Assembly: GCA_965228895.1 (NCBI GenBank)
Contig: OZ245842.1
Location: 4,512,001-4,576,000, forward strand
Length of the DNA: 64,000 nt
Origin: Alphaproteobacteria bacterium
Lineage (GTDB): Bacteria > Pseudomonadota > Alphaproteobacteria > SP197
Direction: 5' to 3'
Positions 19,419-28,983 of this stretch are shown piece after piece. The notes under the pieces were generated by a model. That model searched no databases and was not told the origin of the DNA. It saw only the letters and a program-made list of their open reading frames with translations. Position 1 is the stretch's first letter. Each line of letters starts with the position of its first letter. The position numbers and the translations under genes were made by a program.

Positions 19419-20540
19419 ATGGCCGAAGCTGGGCATAGCACGGTGGCTGGAAGTAACGAGCCGCTGGTACGTTTTGAGCACGTTCAAAAAACCTATGATG
19501 GCGAGATCCTCGTCGTCAAAGACCTCAATCTGAATATTGAGCGTGGTGAATTCATAACGCTGTTGGGGCCATCGGGCTCCGGCAAGACGACGACGTTGAT
19601 GATGTTGGCGGGTTTCGAGTCCGCGACACATGGCGACATCGTCTTGAACGGCTCGTCTCTGAAGACCGTGCCGCCGCACAAGCGCGACATCGGCATGGTG
19701 TTCCAGAACTATGCGCTGTTTCCGCACATGACGGTGTCGGAGAACCTGGCGTTTCCGCTTCAGGCCCGGCGCATGCCGAAGTCCGAGCAAAAGGAAAAGA
19801 TCCAACGCGCCCTCGATATGGTCGAGCTCGGCGCGTTCGGCACCCGCCGTCCCGGCCAGCTTTCCGGCGGTCAACAGCAGCGTGTCGCCCTGGCCCGCGC
19901 CCTGGTGTTCGAGCCACAACTGGTTCTGATGGACGAGCCCCTGGGCGCGCTGGACAAGAACCTGCGCGAGCAGATGCAGCTCGAAATCAAGCATATTCAC
20001 GAGAACCTTGGCGTGACCGTGGTCTACGTGACTCACGATCAAAGCGAAGCGCTGACCATGTCGAACCGCATTGCGGTGTTCGACGACGGTGTCATTCAGC
20101 AGCTCGCGACGCCGAGCCAGCTCTACGAACAACCGGAAAACGCCTTTGTCGCGGCGTTCATCGGCGAGAACAACCGGCTGCTGGGCACCGTCAAGGCGTC
20201 CAATGGCGGTATGTGCGAGGTCGACCTGGACAGCGGCGAGCATGTCCGCGCTCTGTCGATCAAGATCGATGGCGTCGGCAGCCGGACGACGTTGTCGCTC
20301 AGGCCCGAAAGCGTCACGATCGACCCGTCCGACCAGCAGTGCGACAACGTGTTCGACGCCAAGGTCGAAGAGCTGATCTATCTGGGCGATCACACGCGTG
20401 TGCGCGCCAATGTGTGCGGCCACGACGATTTTGTGATCAAGGTGCCACGCACGACCGGCGCACCATCGCTGGCGGAAGGCAACACAATCCGAATCGGCTG
20501 GCGGTCCGAAGACTGTCGGGCGTTGGATGCGGCCTCTTGA
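19419..20540 (+). CDS. PotA-like ABC transporter ATP-binding protein
   Basis: GPSGSGKT, LSGGQQQR and LMDEPL motifs; TOBE-like C-terminus. Confidence 0.93.
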   Translation: MAEAGHSTVAGSNEPLVRFEHVQKTYDGEILVVKDLNLNIERGEFITLLGPSGSGKTTTLMMLAGFESATHGDIVLNGSSLKTVPPHKRDIGMVFQNYALFPHMTVSENLAFPLQARRMPKSEQKEKIQRALDMVELGAFGTRRPGQLSGGQQQRVALARALVFEPQLVLMDEPLGALDKNLREQMQLEIKHIHENLGVTVVYVTHDQSEALTMSNRIAVFDDGVIQQLATPSQLYEQPENAFVAAFIGENNRLLGTVKASNGGMCEVDLDSGEHVRALSIKIDGVGSRTTLSLRPESVTIDPSDQQCDNVFDAKVEELIYLGDHTRVRANVCGHDDFVIKVPRTTGAPSLAEGNTIRIGWRSEDCRALDAAS

Positions 20541-20653
20541 TGAGGCCGATAACAGGGCTGCACAGCGGCCCATCGAAGGAGGCATGCGTGGCGGACGATA
20601 ACCCCGGTTCGTTCGCCGACACTCCTACTCTGAAGCAAGGGAGAAGCTACAAT

Positions 20654-21730
20654 ATGACCCGTTTGTGGAAGACAACGATGGCGGCGCTTGGTGGCGTTGC
20701 CGTGATTGGTCTGGCGGGCACGGGTCCCGCCACGGCCGAAGAAACGATAACCGTCGCCTCCTGGGGCGGCGCTTACTCCATGAGCCAGCGCGAGGCCTAT
20801 TACAAGCCGGCCGCCAAAGAGATCAACCTGACCATTCTGGAAGACGAGTGGACCGGCACGATCCCGGAAATCCGCGTCCAGGTTGAGACCGGCGAGTACA
20901 AATGGCACGTGATCGACTCCGAAGGCGGCACCATTCTGGCTGCCTGTGACGAAGGTCTTGCTTACGAGTTCGACTACGAGATGTTCGGTGGCCGTGACGG
21001 ATTCCTACCGAACGCCGCGCTTGATTGCGGTGTCGGCACGATCTCCTGGGCGACGATCTATGCCTATGACGGCGACGTCTACTCCGATCCGGCGTCCGCG
21101 CCATCGACGGTTGACGACTTCTTCGATGTCGAGAAGTTCCCGGGCAAGCGTGGCCTTTATGCCAACGGCTTCGGTCACACCATGCAGATGGCGCTGATCG
21201 CCGACGGCGTGTCCGCCGCCGAGCTGGCCAACTACATGAACGACAATCCGCAGGAAGCCATTGATCGGGCGTTCGCCAAGCTCGACTCAATCAAGGACCA
21301 CGTCATCTATTGGGACTCCGGTGCCATGGCGCCGCAGCTTCTGGCGGATGGTGAAGTGGTCATGACCACCGCCTGGAACGGCCGTATCTACAACGCGGTT
21401 GTCGAAGAAGGCAAAAACTTCAAGATCGTCTGGGACGGTCAGGGCATCGACTATGACTATTGGATGATCCCGGCCGGCCATCCCGAGACCGATCTGGGCT
21501 TGAAGTTCATCGAGTACGCAAGCCGTCCCGACGTCATGGCCCGTCAGTCCCAGTACATCTCGTACGGACCGACGACCTATGCCGCGGGTGAACTGATCAA
21601 CCCGGACATCGCCCAGCATCTGCCGACTGCACCGCAGAACACGGGTAATGCCTATTGGGTCGATACGGTCTGGTGGGGCGACCACGTTGAAGAGCTCACA
21701 GAGCGTTTCAACGTCTGGCGCAGCCAGTAA
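20654..21730 (+). CDS. Polyamine/opine-type ABC substrate-binding protein
   Basis: Signal peptide; TVASWGGAY, FFDVEKFPGKRGL and AWNGR motifs; GGAG RBS. Confidence 0.9.
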   Translation: MTRLWKTTMAALGGVAVIGLAGTGPATAEETITVASWGGAYSMSQREAYYKPAAKEINLTILEDEWTGTIPEIRVQVETGEYKWHVIDSEGGTILAACDEGLAYEFDYEMFGGRDGFLPNAALDCGVGTISWATIYAYDGDVYSDPASAPSTVDDFFDVEKFPGKRGLYANGFGHTMQMALIADGVSAAELANYMNDNPQEAIDRAFAKLDSIKDHVIYWDSGAMAPQLLADGEVVMTTAWNGRIYNAVVEEGKNFKIVWDGQGIDYDYWMIPAGHPETDLGLKFIEYASRPDVMARQSQYISYGPTTYAAGELINPDIAQHLPTAPQNTGNAYWVDTVWWGDHVEELTERFNVWRSQ

Positions 21731-21743
21731 GACAAGACTGGTC

Positions 21744-21777
21744 CGAGGTACGCGGGGTCATTGCTCCGCGTACCTCG
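21744..21777 (+). terminator. Stem-loop after the SBP gene (mRNA-stabilising or partial terminator)
   Basis: CGAGGTACGCGGGG-tcattg-CTCCGCGTACCTCG; no U-tract; a second hairpin follows at ~21779-21803. Confidence 0.5.
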
Positions 21778-21819
21778 TGATCACCGCAAGACCTCGGTGA
21801 TCGTTCAGGGAGCGAAAGC

Positions 21820-23085
21820 GTGAGCGCTACGGCAGATTCAGGCAATGTGATGATGACAGCGGACGGTGTTCCGCTGAAGATCAAGCTGCGCCGTGCCGAA
21901 CGGATGCGCAAAGTCTGGGCTCTCGCCCTCATCGCACCGCTCTTCCTGTTTCTACTCGTAACCTTCATCTATCCGATCGCCGAGCTCCTGACGCTGAGTG
22001 TCAAGGAACCGGCCTTCGTCGAGACGCTGCCTGAGACCACGCCCATGCTGGAATCGTGGGACGGTCAAGGCTACCCGCCGGACGAGACCATCGCATCGTT
22101 CGCGCGCGAGATCGCACAGGCGCGCGAAGACCGCACGCTGGGCGCTGTCGCGCGGCGTTTGAACTACGACATTTCCGGCTACCGCTCTTTAATCATGAAG
22201 ACGTCGAAAAAGATCGGCGAGTCCTTGAGTCTGCCGGACGATCAGATGCTCGACGCCTTTATCGATATCGACAGGCGATGGGAAGACACGACCTATTGGG
22301 CACCGTTGAAAACGGCGACACCGCCGTTGACCGACTATTATCTGCTTTGGGCTGTCGACCACACGCGCGATGTCGACGGCAACATCGTGTCCGTTGACGA
22401 TAACCGCAAAATCTATCTCGATGTCCTCTGGCGTACGGTCGAGATCAGCATCTTTGTCACGCTCATCTGCTTCCTGCTCGGCCTGCCGATCTCGTATCTT
22501 CTGGCAACTCTGCCGACAGCGAAGAGCAACCTGCTTTTGATCCTGCTGCTGCTGCCGTTCTGGACATCGCTTCTGGTGCGCACGACCGCATGGCTTGTGC
22601 TGCTGCAATCAGAGGGCCTGGTGAATGACTTCGGTCTTTGGATCGGTTTGTGGAACGAGCCGCTGGAGCTGATCCGCAACCGGCTCGGGGTCTATATCGC
22701 CATGGTGCACATCCTGCTGCCGTTCATGGCCTTGCCCATGTTCTCGGTCATGAAAGGCATCAACCCCTGGCACATGCGCGCAGCGCTGTCGCTCGGCGCG
22801 ACACCGTTCGCCGCCTTCATGAAGGTCTATCTGCCGCAATGCGTGCCTGGCATTGGCGCCGGTTGCCTGCTCGTCTTCATTCTGTCGCTGGGTTACTACA
22901 TTACGCCGGCCCTGGTCGGCGGGCCCGACGATCAGATGATCAGCTATTTCATCGTGTCGAACACCAACCAGACCCTGAACTGGGGCTTGGCCGCGGCGCT
23001 CAGCGTGATCTTGTTGGCCATGACGCTGGTGATGTTCTTGATGTACAACCGCCTTGTCGGCGTCGACAAGCTGAAGCTGGGATAG
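21820..23085 (+). CDS. PotB-like ABC permease with periplasmic insertion
   Basis: LLPFWTSLLVRT, AALSLGA (EAA-like) and YYITPALVGG motifs. Confidence 0.9.
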   Translation: MSATADSGNVMMTADGVPLKIKLRRAERMRKVWALALIAPLFLFLLVTFIYPIAELLTLSVKEPAFVETLPETTPMLESWDGQGYPPDETIASFAREIAQAREDRTLGAVARRLNYDISGYRSLIMKTSKKIGESLSLPDDQMLDAFIDIDRRWEDTTYWAPLKTATPPLTDYYLLWAVDHTRDVDGNIVSVDDNRKIYLDVLWRTVEISIFVTLICFLLGLPISYLLATLPTAKSNLLLILLLLPFWTSLLVRTTAWLVLLQSEGLVNDFGLWIGLWNEPLELIRNRLGVYIAMVHILLPFMALPMFSVMKGINPWHMRAALSLGATPFAAFMKVYLPQCVPGIGAGCLLVFILSLGYYITPALVGGPDDQMISYFIVSNTNQTLNWGLAAALSVILLAMTLVMFLMYNRLVGVDKLKLG

Positions 23086-23089
23086 AACG

Positions 23090-23917
23090 ATGGCGCTACC
23101 CGCTTACGCTGGCCCTTGGGATCGTGTCTGGTACTACATGTTCCGGCTGATCTGCGTTGCGATCTTCTTTTTCCTGATCGCGCCGATCATTGTCATCATG
23201 CCGCTGTCGTTCAACGCGGAGCCCTACTTCACCTATCCGATGCCGGGCTTCTCGATCCGGTGGTATGAGGACTTCTTCACCAATCCCCAATGGCTCTTGG
23301 GTCTGAAGAACAGCGTCATCATCGGCTTTTTCGCAACGCTCATCGCCTCGGTGCTCGGCACCCTCGCCGCACTCGGCATGAACCGTGCGGTCTTCCCGGG
23401 CAAGACGGTCATCCTGGCCGTGTTGATCTCGCCTATGGTCGTGCCGATCGTCATCACCGCCGTCGGCATGTTCTATTTCTACGCTCAGATCGGCCTGACC
23501 GGCACGTTGGCGGGTTTGATTTTGGCGCACGCCGCCCTTGGTGTGCCGTTTGTCGTCATCACCGTCAGCGCGACCCTGGTTGGCTTCGACCACAATCTGG
23601 TCCGCGCGGGCGCCAGCCTGGGCGGCTCGCCGGTCAACGTGTTCTTCAAGATCACCTTCCCTCTGATTCTGCCCGGCATCGTCTCCGGCGCGCTGTTCGC
23701 CTTCATCATCTCGTGGGACGAACTGGTGGTCGCGATCATGTTGGCGACGACCGAGGAACACACCCTGCCGCGCAGGATGTGGAGCGGTATTCGCGAGCTC
23801 TTGTCGCCGACCATCACGGCGGTCGCCACCATGCTGATCCTGATCTCCATCTTCTTGATGGTGGTGATGGAAATGCTGCGCCGTCGTACCGAGCGCATGC
23901 GCGGCATCCGCAACTAG
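23090..23917 (+). CDS. PotC-like ABC permease
   Basis: FSIRWY, ISPMVVP and FIISWDE motifs. Confidence 0.92.
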   Translation: MALPAYAGPWDRVWYYMFRLICVAIFFFLIAPIIVIMPLSFNAEPYFTYPMPGFSIRWYEDFFTNPQWLLGLKNSVIIGFFATLIASVLGTLAALGMNRAVFPGKTVILAVLISPMVVPIVITAVGMFYFYAQIGLTGTLAGLILAHAALGVPFVVITVSATLVGFDHNLVRAGASLGGSPVNVFFKITFPLILPGIVSGALFAFIISWDELVVAIMLATTEEHTLPRRMWSGIRELLSPTITAVATMLILISIFLMVVMEMLRRRTERMRGIRN

Positions 23918-23995
23918 GACCAACGTCTCTAGACTATCCCGTGTCGGGCGCCGACTTGTGGCGCGCCGATTGCCCTTTGAATGGAACCGAATGCC

Positions 23996-25192
23996 ATGGA
24001 CGATCTTCTTGTCATCGAGAACGGCGAGCGGGTCGCCGGCACCTTTTCCGAGACCGAAATGGCCGCGCGGCGGACCAAACTCCGCGCCATGATGGCCAAG
24101 AACGACATCGACGCTGTCGTCTTCACGTCGATGCACAACATCCACTACTTCAGCGATTTCCTCTATTGCAGCTTCGGCCGGCCCTATGGCCTGGCGGTAA
24201 CTCAGGATCGCGCGACCGCCATCTGCGCCAACATCGACTACGGCCAGCCTTGGCGGCGCACTGGCGATACGCTGACATATACGGACTGGCGTCGTGACAA
24301 CTATGTCCGCGCCGTTCAGGAGCTGATTGGTAAGGCGTCACGGATCGGCGTCGAACACGATCACATCTCGGTCGAGAACCTCGACAAGCTGAAGACCGCG
24401 ATGGACGGCGCCGACTTCGTCGATATCAGCAAGCTCACCATGGCGATGCGCATGCTGAAATCCGACGAGGAGATCGCGCTCATCAAGAGCGCCACCCAGA
24501 TCGCCGATATCGGCGGCCGGGCGTGCGCCGATGCGGTCGGAGTCGGCGTCGCCGAACACGAGGTGGCGCTTGCCTCAACCGACGCCATGGTGCGCGAGAT
24601 CGCCCGGCGTCATCCCGATTCCGAGATCCGCGATACCTGGGTCTGGTTCCAGTCGGGCGTCAACACCGATGGCGCCCATAACCCCGTCACCACCCGCAAG
24701 ATCGAAGCGGGCGACATCCTGAGCCTTAACTGCTTTCCCATGGTCGCCGGCTATTATGTCGCGTTGGAGCGCACGCTCTTCTGCAAGCACGCGTCCGACG
24801 AACATATGCGGCTCTGGGAGATCAACTGCGAGGTCTATCGCCGCGGTTTGGAACTGGTGAAGCCGGGCGCGCGCTGCTGCGATATCGCCAACGAACTGAA
24901 CGGCATCTACGAAGGCTACGGCGTGCTCGACAAACGCACCTTCGGCTACGGCCACTCGTTCGGTGTTCTGTCTCATTACTACGGGCGCGAAGCGGGCCTC
25001 GAACTGCGCGAGGATATCGAGACAGAGCTCAAACCCAATATGGTCGTCTCGATCGAGCCCATGATCACGATACCGGAAGGCGCGCCAGGCGCCGGCGGTT
25101 ACCGCGAACACGACATACTGGTCGTGACTGAGAACGGCGCCGACAACATCACCGGTTTCCCGGTCGGCCCGGAGCACAACATCGTCGGCTGA
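23996..25192 (+). CDS. Creatinase (creatine amidinohydrolase)
   Basis: YCSFGRPYG, DTWVWFQSGVNTDGAHN, GYGHSFGVLSHYYGREAGLELRED and GAGGYREHD are creatinase hallmarks. Confidence 0.92.
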   Translation: MDDLLVIENGERVAGTFSETEMAARRTKLRAMMAKNDIDAVVFTSMHNIHYFSDFLYCSFGRPYGLAVTQDRATAICANIDYGQPWRRTGDTLTYTDWRRDNYVRAVQELIGKASRIGVEHDHISVENLDKLKTAMDGADFVDISKLTMAMRMLKSDEEIALIKSATQIADIGGRACADAVGVGVAEHEVALASTDAMVREIARRHPDSEIRDTWVWFQSGVNTDGAHNPVTTRKIEAGDILSLNCFPMVAGYYVALERTLFCKHASDEHMRLWEINCEVYRRGLELVKPGARCCDIANELNGIYEGYGVLDKRTFGYGHSFGVLSHYYGREAGLELREDIETELKPNMVVSIEPMITIPEGAPGAGGYREHDILVVTENGADNITGFPVGPEHNIVG

Positions 25193-25197
25193 CGCCG

Positions 25198-27267
25198 CTA
25201 GAGAGAGTAGGGCGACGGCGTCTCGCGCCTGAACGGCGCCTCGTCCTGCCATGACCAGGTGAGTTCGCGTCCGTAGCGGTGACCGGCATGAACCGCGTTG
25301 GCGATCGTTGCCGGACCGAAACAATCGCCAATCCGTGTCACGTCGACGATACCCGCGTCGGCGAGCTTGCCCGGATCGGCGACCAGAGCATGGTAGAGCC
25401 CATCTTCCGGCAGACGCGCCGTCACCAGCACAACCGACGCCGCCTCGTGCTGTCGTTCACGGCCCGTATAGGCGCATGACAACGTCACCTCGCCGTCGGC
25501 GATGGCCGACAGCGCATGGGCGGTCACAAGGCGAACGTCTTTTTCCAGAAGTCGTGTTTGAATGAACCCCTGCTCCAGGGTGCGCTCGGCCCAGTTGGCG
25601 ACCATGTCCTCCGGTGTTACCAAAGTGACCTCGCGTCCCGCATCGGCCAGGCGTTCGGCGATGACGCCGCCCATGTAATAGTGGTCGTCGTCATAGACCA
25701 GGACCGGTCCGTCCGGCAAAGCACCATCCATGATGGCATCCGGCGTCAGCACATGCGGCAGATCGGAGCCGGGTAGCGGCCGAAACGCCGTATGCCCGAC
25801 GCCATCACCACGCCAGCGCGATCCCGTCGCGATCGCCACCCGTGTCGCGCCGAAACCGAGCACGTCGTCGGCCGTGAGTGCGCTTGCCGGATAGACCGCG
25901 ACATCCGCCATCCGGCCGATCTGATAGGTCCGGTAATCGCGTACGCGTGCCCAGGCGGCGAGCCCCGGAAATGCCGCCGTCTCGCGGGTGACACGACCGC
26001 CCAAGTTTTCCGACGCCTCGGCCAGTGTCACGGCATAGCCGCGTTCGCCCAGCACGCGAGCCGCTTCCAGGCCGGCCGGGCCGCCGCCGACGATCAGGAA
26101 ACTGTCGTCGGTGTCTTTCGCTGGAAAAATCTCCGGGTGCCAGCCGCGGCGAAAACGTTCCCCCTGAGCGGCGTTCTGGGTGCAGCGCATGGGCACGCCA
26201 ATCTGGTTATGGGCAACGCAGATGTTGCAGCCGATGCATTCACGAATGTCGTCCGGCCGGCCCTCCTCGATCTTCTTGGGCAGGAACGGATCGGCAATTG
26301 ACGGGCGGACCGCGCCGATCATATCGAGCACGCCGCGCTTGATCTGCGACACCATGGTGTCGGGACTGGTGAAGCGGCCGACACCGACGACCGGCTTCTG
26401 CGTCACCGCGCGGCAATGGCGGACATAGTCTTCCTGATACCCTTCGTTGAAAAACCGCGACGGCCCGGCATCGTTGGCGAAGGTCGCGAGGTTGAAATCC
26501 CAGAGGTCCGGCAGGTCGGCCAGAATCTCGACGATCTCCTTGGCCTCGCTGTGCGCCTCCAACCCGATCGGGCCAAGAAGTTCGTCGATCGACAGCCGCA
26601 CCGCGACCGCGCAGGTATCGCCGACCGCATCCTTGGTGTCCGCAATGAGTTCCTTCAAAAGCCGCGCCCGGTTCTCCAGGCTGCCGCCGTATTCGTCGGT
26701 TCGCGTGTTGTAACGCGGCGAGATGAAATGCGCGGCGATCGGATCGTCCTCGCCGGAATAGCAATAGACGATGTCGAAGCCGGCTTCCTTTGCCCTGAGC
26801 GCGGCGCTGCGGTGCCAGCGGCGCAGCGCCTTGATATCGGCCTTGTCCATGGCGCGCGCCTGGACCGAATGGTCATAACGCACTGGCAGATGCGCCGGGC
26901 CCATCGGAACTTCGCGCGAATAGTGGTTCGCCTCGCCCATGCCGTTATGGGTCAGCTCGATGCCGGCAAGCGCGCCGTGCTCGTGCACCATCTCGCACAT
27001 GCGCGCCAGCAACGGTGTATCTAACTCGTCCCAGATACGCACTTCCGTATCCTGGTAACCCTCTGAACTATAATGGATTTCCGCCTGCTCGGTGCAGACG
27101 ACGCCCCAGCCGCCCTCGGCTTTTTCGGCCCGCATGGCAAGCCACGTGTTGGGGTACATGTAGCCCATGCCGTTGCAGTGGGGCACCTGATAGAAACGAT
27201 TCTTCGCCGTCACCGGGCCGAGCTGGACCGGCTCGAACAGGACGTCATAGCGGGCATCGCGGGTCAT
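25198..27267 (-). CDS. Trimethylamine/dimethylamine/histamine dehydrogenase-family FMN-[4Fe-4S] flavoprotein
   Basis: NRFYQVPHC (flavinylation Cys), RTDEYGGSLENR, CIGCNIC...CTQN and GGGPAGLE motifs. Confidence 0.88.
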   Translation of the reverse strand: MTRDARYDVLFEPVQLGPVTAKNRFYQVPHCNGMGYMYPNTWLAMRAEKAEGGWGVVCTEQAEIHYSSEGYQDTEVRIWDELDTPLLARMCEMVHEHGALAGIELTHNGMGEANHYSREVPMGPAHLPVRYDHSVQARAMDKADIKALRRWHRSAALRAKEAGFDIVYCYSGEDDPIAAHFISPRYNTRTDEYGGSLENRARLLKELIADTKDAVGDTCAVAVRLSIDELLGPIGLEAHSEAKEIVEILADLPDLWDFNLATFANDAGPSRFFNEGYQEDYVRHCRAVTQKPVVGVGRFTSPDTMVSQIKRGVLDMIGAVRPSIADPFLPKKIEEGRPDDIRECIGCNICVAHNQIGVPMRCTQNAAQGERFRRGWHPEIFPAKDTDDSFLIVGGGPAGLEAARVLGERGYAVTLAEASENLGGRVTRETAAFPGLAAWARVRDYRTYQIGRMADVAVYPASALTADDVLGFGATRVAIATGSRWRGDGVGHTAFRPLPGSDLPHVLTPDAIMDGALPDGPVLVYDDDHYYMGGVIAERLADAGREVTLVTPEDMVANWAERTLEQGFIQTRLLEKDVRLVTAHALSAIADGEVTLSCAYTGRERQHEAASVVLVTARLPEDGLYHALVADPGKLADAGIVDVTRIGDCFGPATIANAVHAGHRYGRELTWSWQDEAPFRRETPSPYSL

Positions 27268-27690
27268 GGAACGGACTCCTTCGTCAACCGAGACCAAACG
27301 CTCGGGCAACCTTCACCCGTGCCTGGCGCACGGCGGATCGAGTCCACCCTGGGAACACCGCCGGACGGCGGCGCGACATCATCATGGCCGGCCCTATCGC
27401 CAAAGCAAGTCCAACAATCTCAAGACCGCAAAGCGGTAGACCGGCCGGAAGCAAGTCGTTACACTTCTTGACATATCCACGGACGCTGGCGCTTTCAAGG
27501 CGCTTCATCAGCAGAAGCGTCAATTGGGGACCCGCCGTGGTGCAGGTGCATAGCTCGTGTCGCGCCTGCGCAAGGGACCCCGTTACGCCGCCGGCATCAC
27601 CTGACGTCGCGGCGGCGCAACTCGCCTGAACGCAGGCAAACCGTCGCGGCTGTGTGCCTACCCCGCAAGCATGACCAAGGGAGGCACCCG

Positions 27691-28818
27691 ATGGATATCG
27701 ACCGATTGATCACCCTTCTTCGTTCCGGCAAGGCATCGCGCCGTCAAGTCAACCAGGCGCTTGCCGCTGTCGGCCTGAGCACGTTCACGGCAGGCATTCT
27801 GAACCGGCCGGGCCACGCCGATGACGGCCAGGCCATGTACTTCACCTGGGGCGGCAATCCCTATGAGGAGTTCTTCGCCGGGTACGCTGAGACCTATGGC
27901 GGGCTGCCCGACCTCAGCTATTTCGGCGACGAGGACGAGGCTTATGCCAAGATGCTCGGCGGCTTCGAGCCCGATGTCGTCGACCCCTGCTCCTATGAGA
28001 TCCGACGCTGGTATGACGCCGGGCTGATCACCGAGATCGAGACCGACCGTCTGACCAACTATCCCGACATCATCCCCAGCCTGAAGAACGTCCAGGACGC
28101 CCAGATCGACGGCAAAACCATGTGGGTGGCGACCGACTGGGGCATCACCTCTATCGTCTACAGGCCCGATCTGGCGCCGGAATACGTCGACAACGAAAGC
28201 TGGTCGATCCTGTGGGACGACAAGTACACGGGCAAACTGTCGAACGACAACAGCGTCATCGATGGCTTCACGGCCGGCGCCATGTATCTGGGCCTTGATC
28301 CGTTTAACCTGTCCGATGATGACATCATGCAGGTGCGTGACGCCCTGGTCGCCCAGCGCGAGCTGCTGCTCTACTACGGTCCCAGCCGCACCGACTTTGT
28401 CCAGGCCATGGCGTCCGGCGAACTGGTCGCGGGTACCGGCTGGTCATCGTCGATTATGGAACTGCGGGATCAGGGTATCGACGTTCGCATGATGGACCCC
28501 AAGGAAGGCGTGATGACCTGGGTCTGCGGCATCTGCCGACACGCCTCGAACGCCGGGCGTAGCGAGGAGATGGTCGAAAAAGCGCACGCGATCATCGACG
28601 CGGTGATCAGCCCGGAGGTCGGCTATTACTACATCATGGAAAACGGCTCCGGTTATTCGAACATGAAATCGTTCGAGATGGTGACCGACGAAGAGCTGGC
28701 CGAACGTTCCCTGCCGCGCGATCCCGAACAGATGCTGTCACGCGGCATCTTCCAGAACGCCATGGCGAACATGGATGAGATCGCGACCATGTGGGAGGAG
28801 ATCAAGGCCGGCTACTGA
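27691..28818 (+). CDS. Orphan PotD/PotF-family substrate-binding protein, possible Tat signal
   Basis: SRRQ twin-arginine-like motif; DWGITSIVY, SWSILWD and PKEGVMTWVCG motifs. Confidence 0.85.
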   Translation: MDIDRLITLLRSGKASRRQVNQALAAVGLSTFTAGILNRPGHADDGQAMYFTWGGNPYEEFFAGYAETYGGLPDLSYFGDEDEAYAKMLGGFEPDVVDPCSYEIRRWYDAGLITEIETDRLTNYPDIIPSLKNVQDAQIDGKTMWVATDWGITSIVYRPDLAPEYVDNESWSILWDDKYTGKLSNDNSVIDGFTAGAMYLGLDPFNLSDDDIMQVRDALVAQRELLLYYGPSRTDFVQAMASGELVAGTGWSSSIMELRDQGIDVRMMDPKEGVMTWVCGICRHASNAGRSEEMVEKAHAIIDAVISPEVGYYYIMENGSGYSNMKSFEMVTDEELAERSLPRDPEQMLSRGIFQNAMANMDEIATMWEEIKAGY

Positions 28819-28820
28819 TA

Positions 28821-28968
28821 GAGACCCCCTCACCCAGCTTCGGCTAGGGCGCTAACGCGCCTAAGCCTGCGCATCCCTCTCCCCCCACTAACGTGGGGGC
28901 GAGGGACAACAAGACAGGTGATGTCGTTCCCTCTCCCGTTAACGGGAGAGGGAGGGTGAGGGTATCTC
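28821..28968. repeat. Composite REP-like palindromic element between convergent genes
   Basis: Outer CCCTCACCC...GGGTGAGGG arms; inner CCCTCTCCC...GAGGG hairpins at 28875-28905 and 28929-28952. Confidence 0.75.
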
Positions 28969-28983
28969 ATATGTCACCAGCCT

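Noticed and set aside
25198-27267. Naming this gene tmd (trimethylamine dehydrogenase)
   Set aside because: The substrate-bowl residues and His172 appear substituted, so only the family is supported
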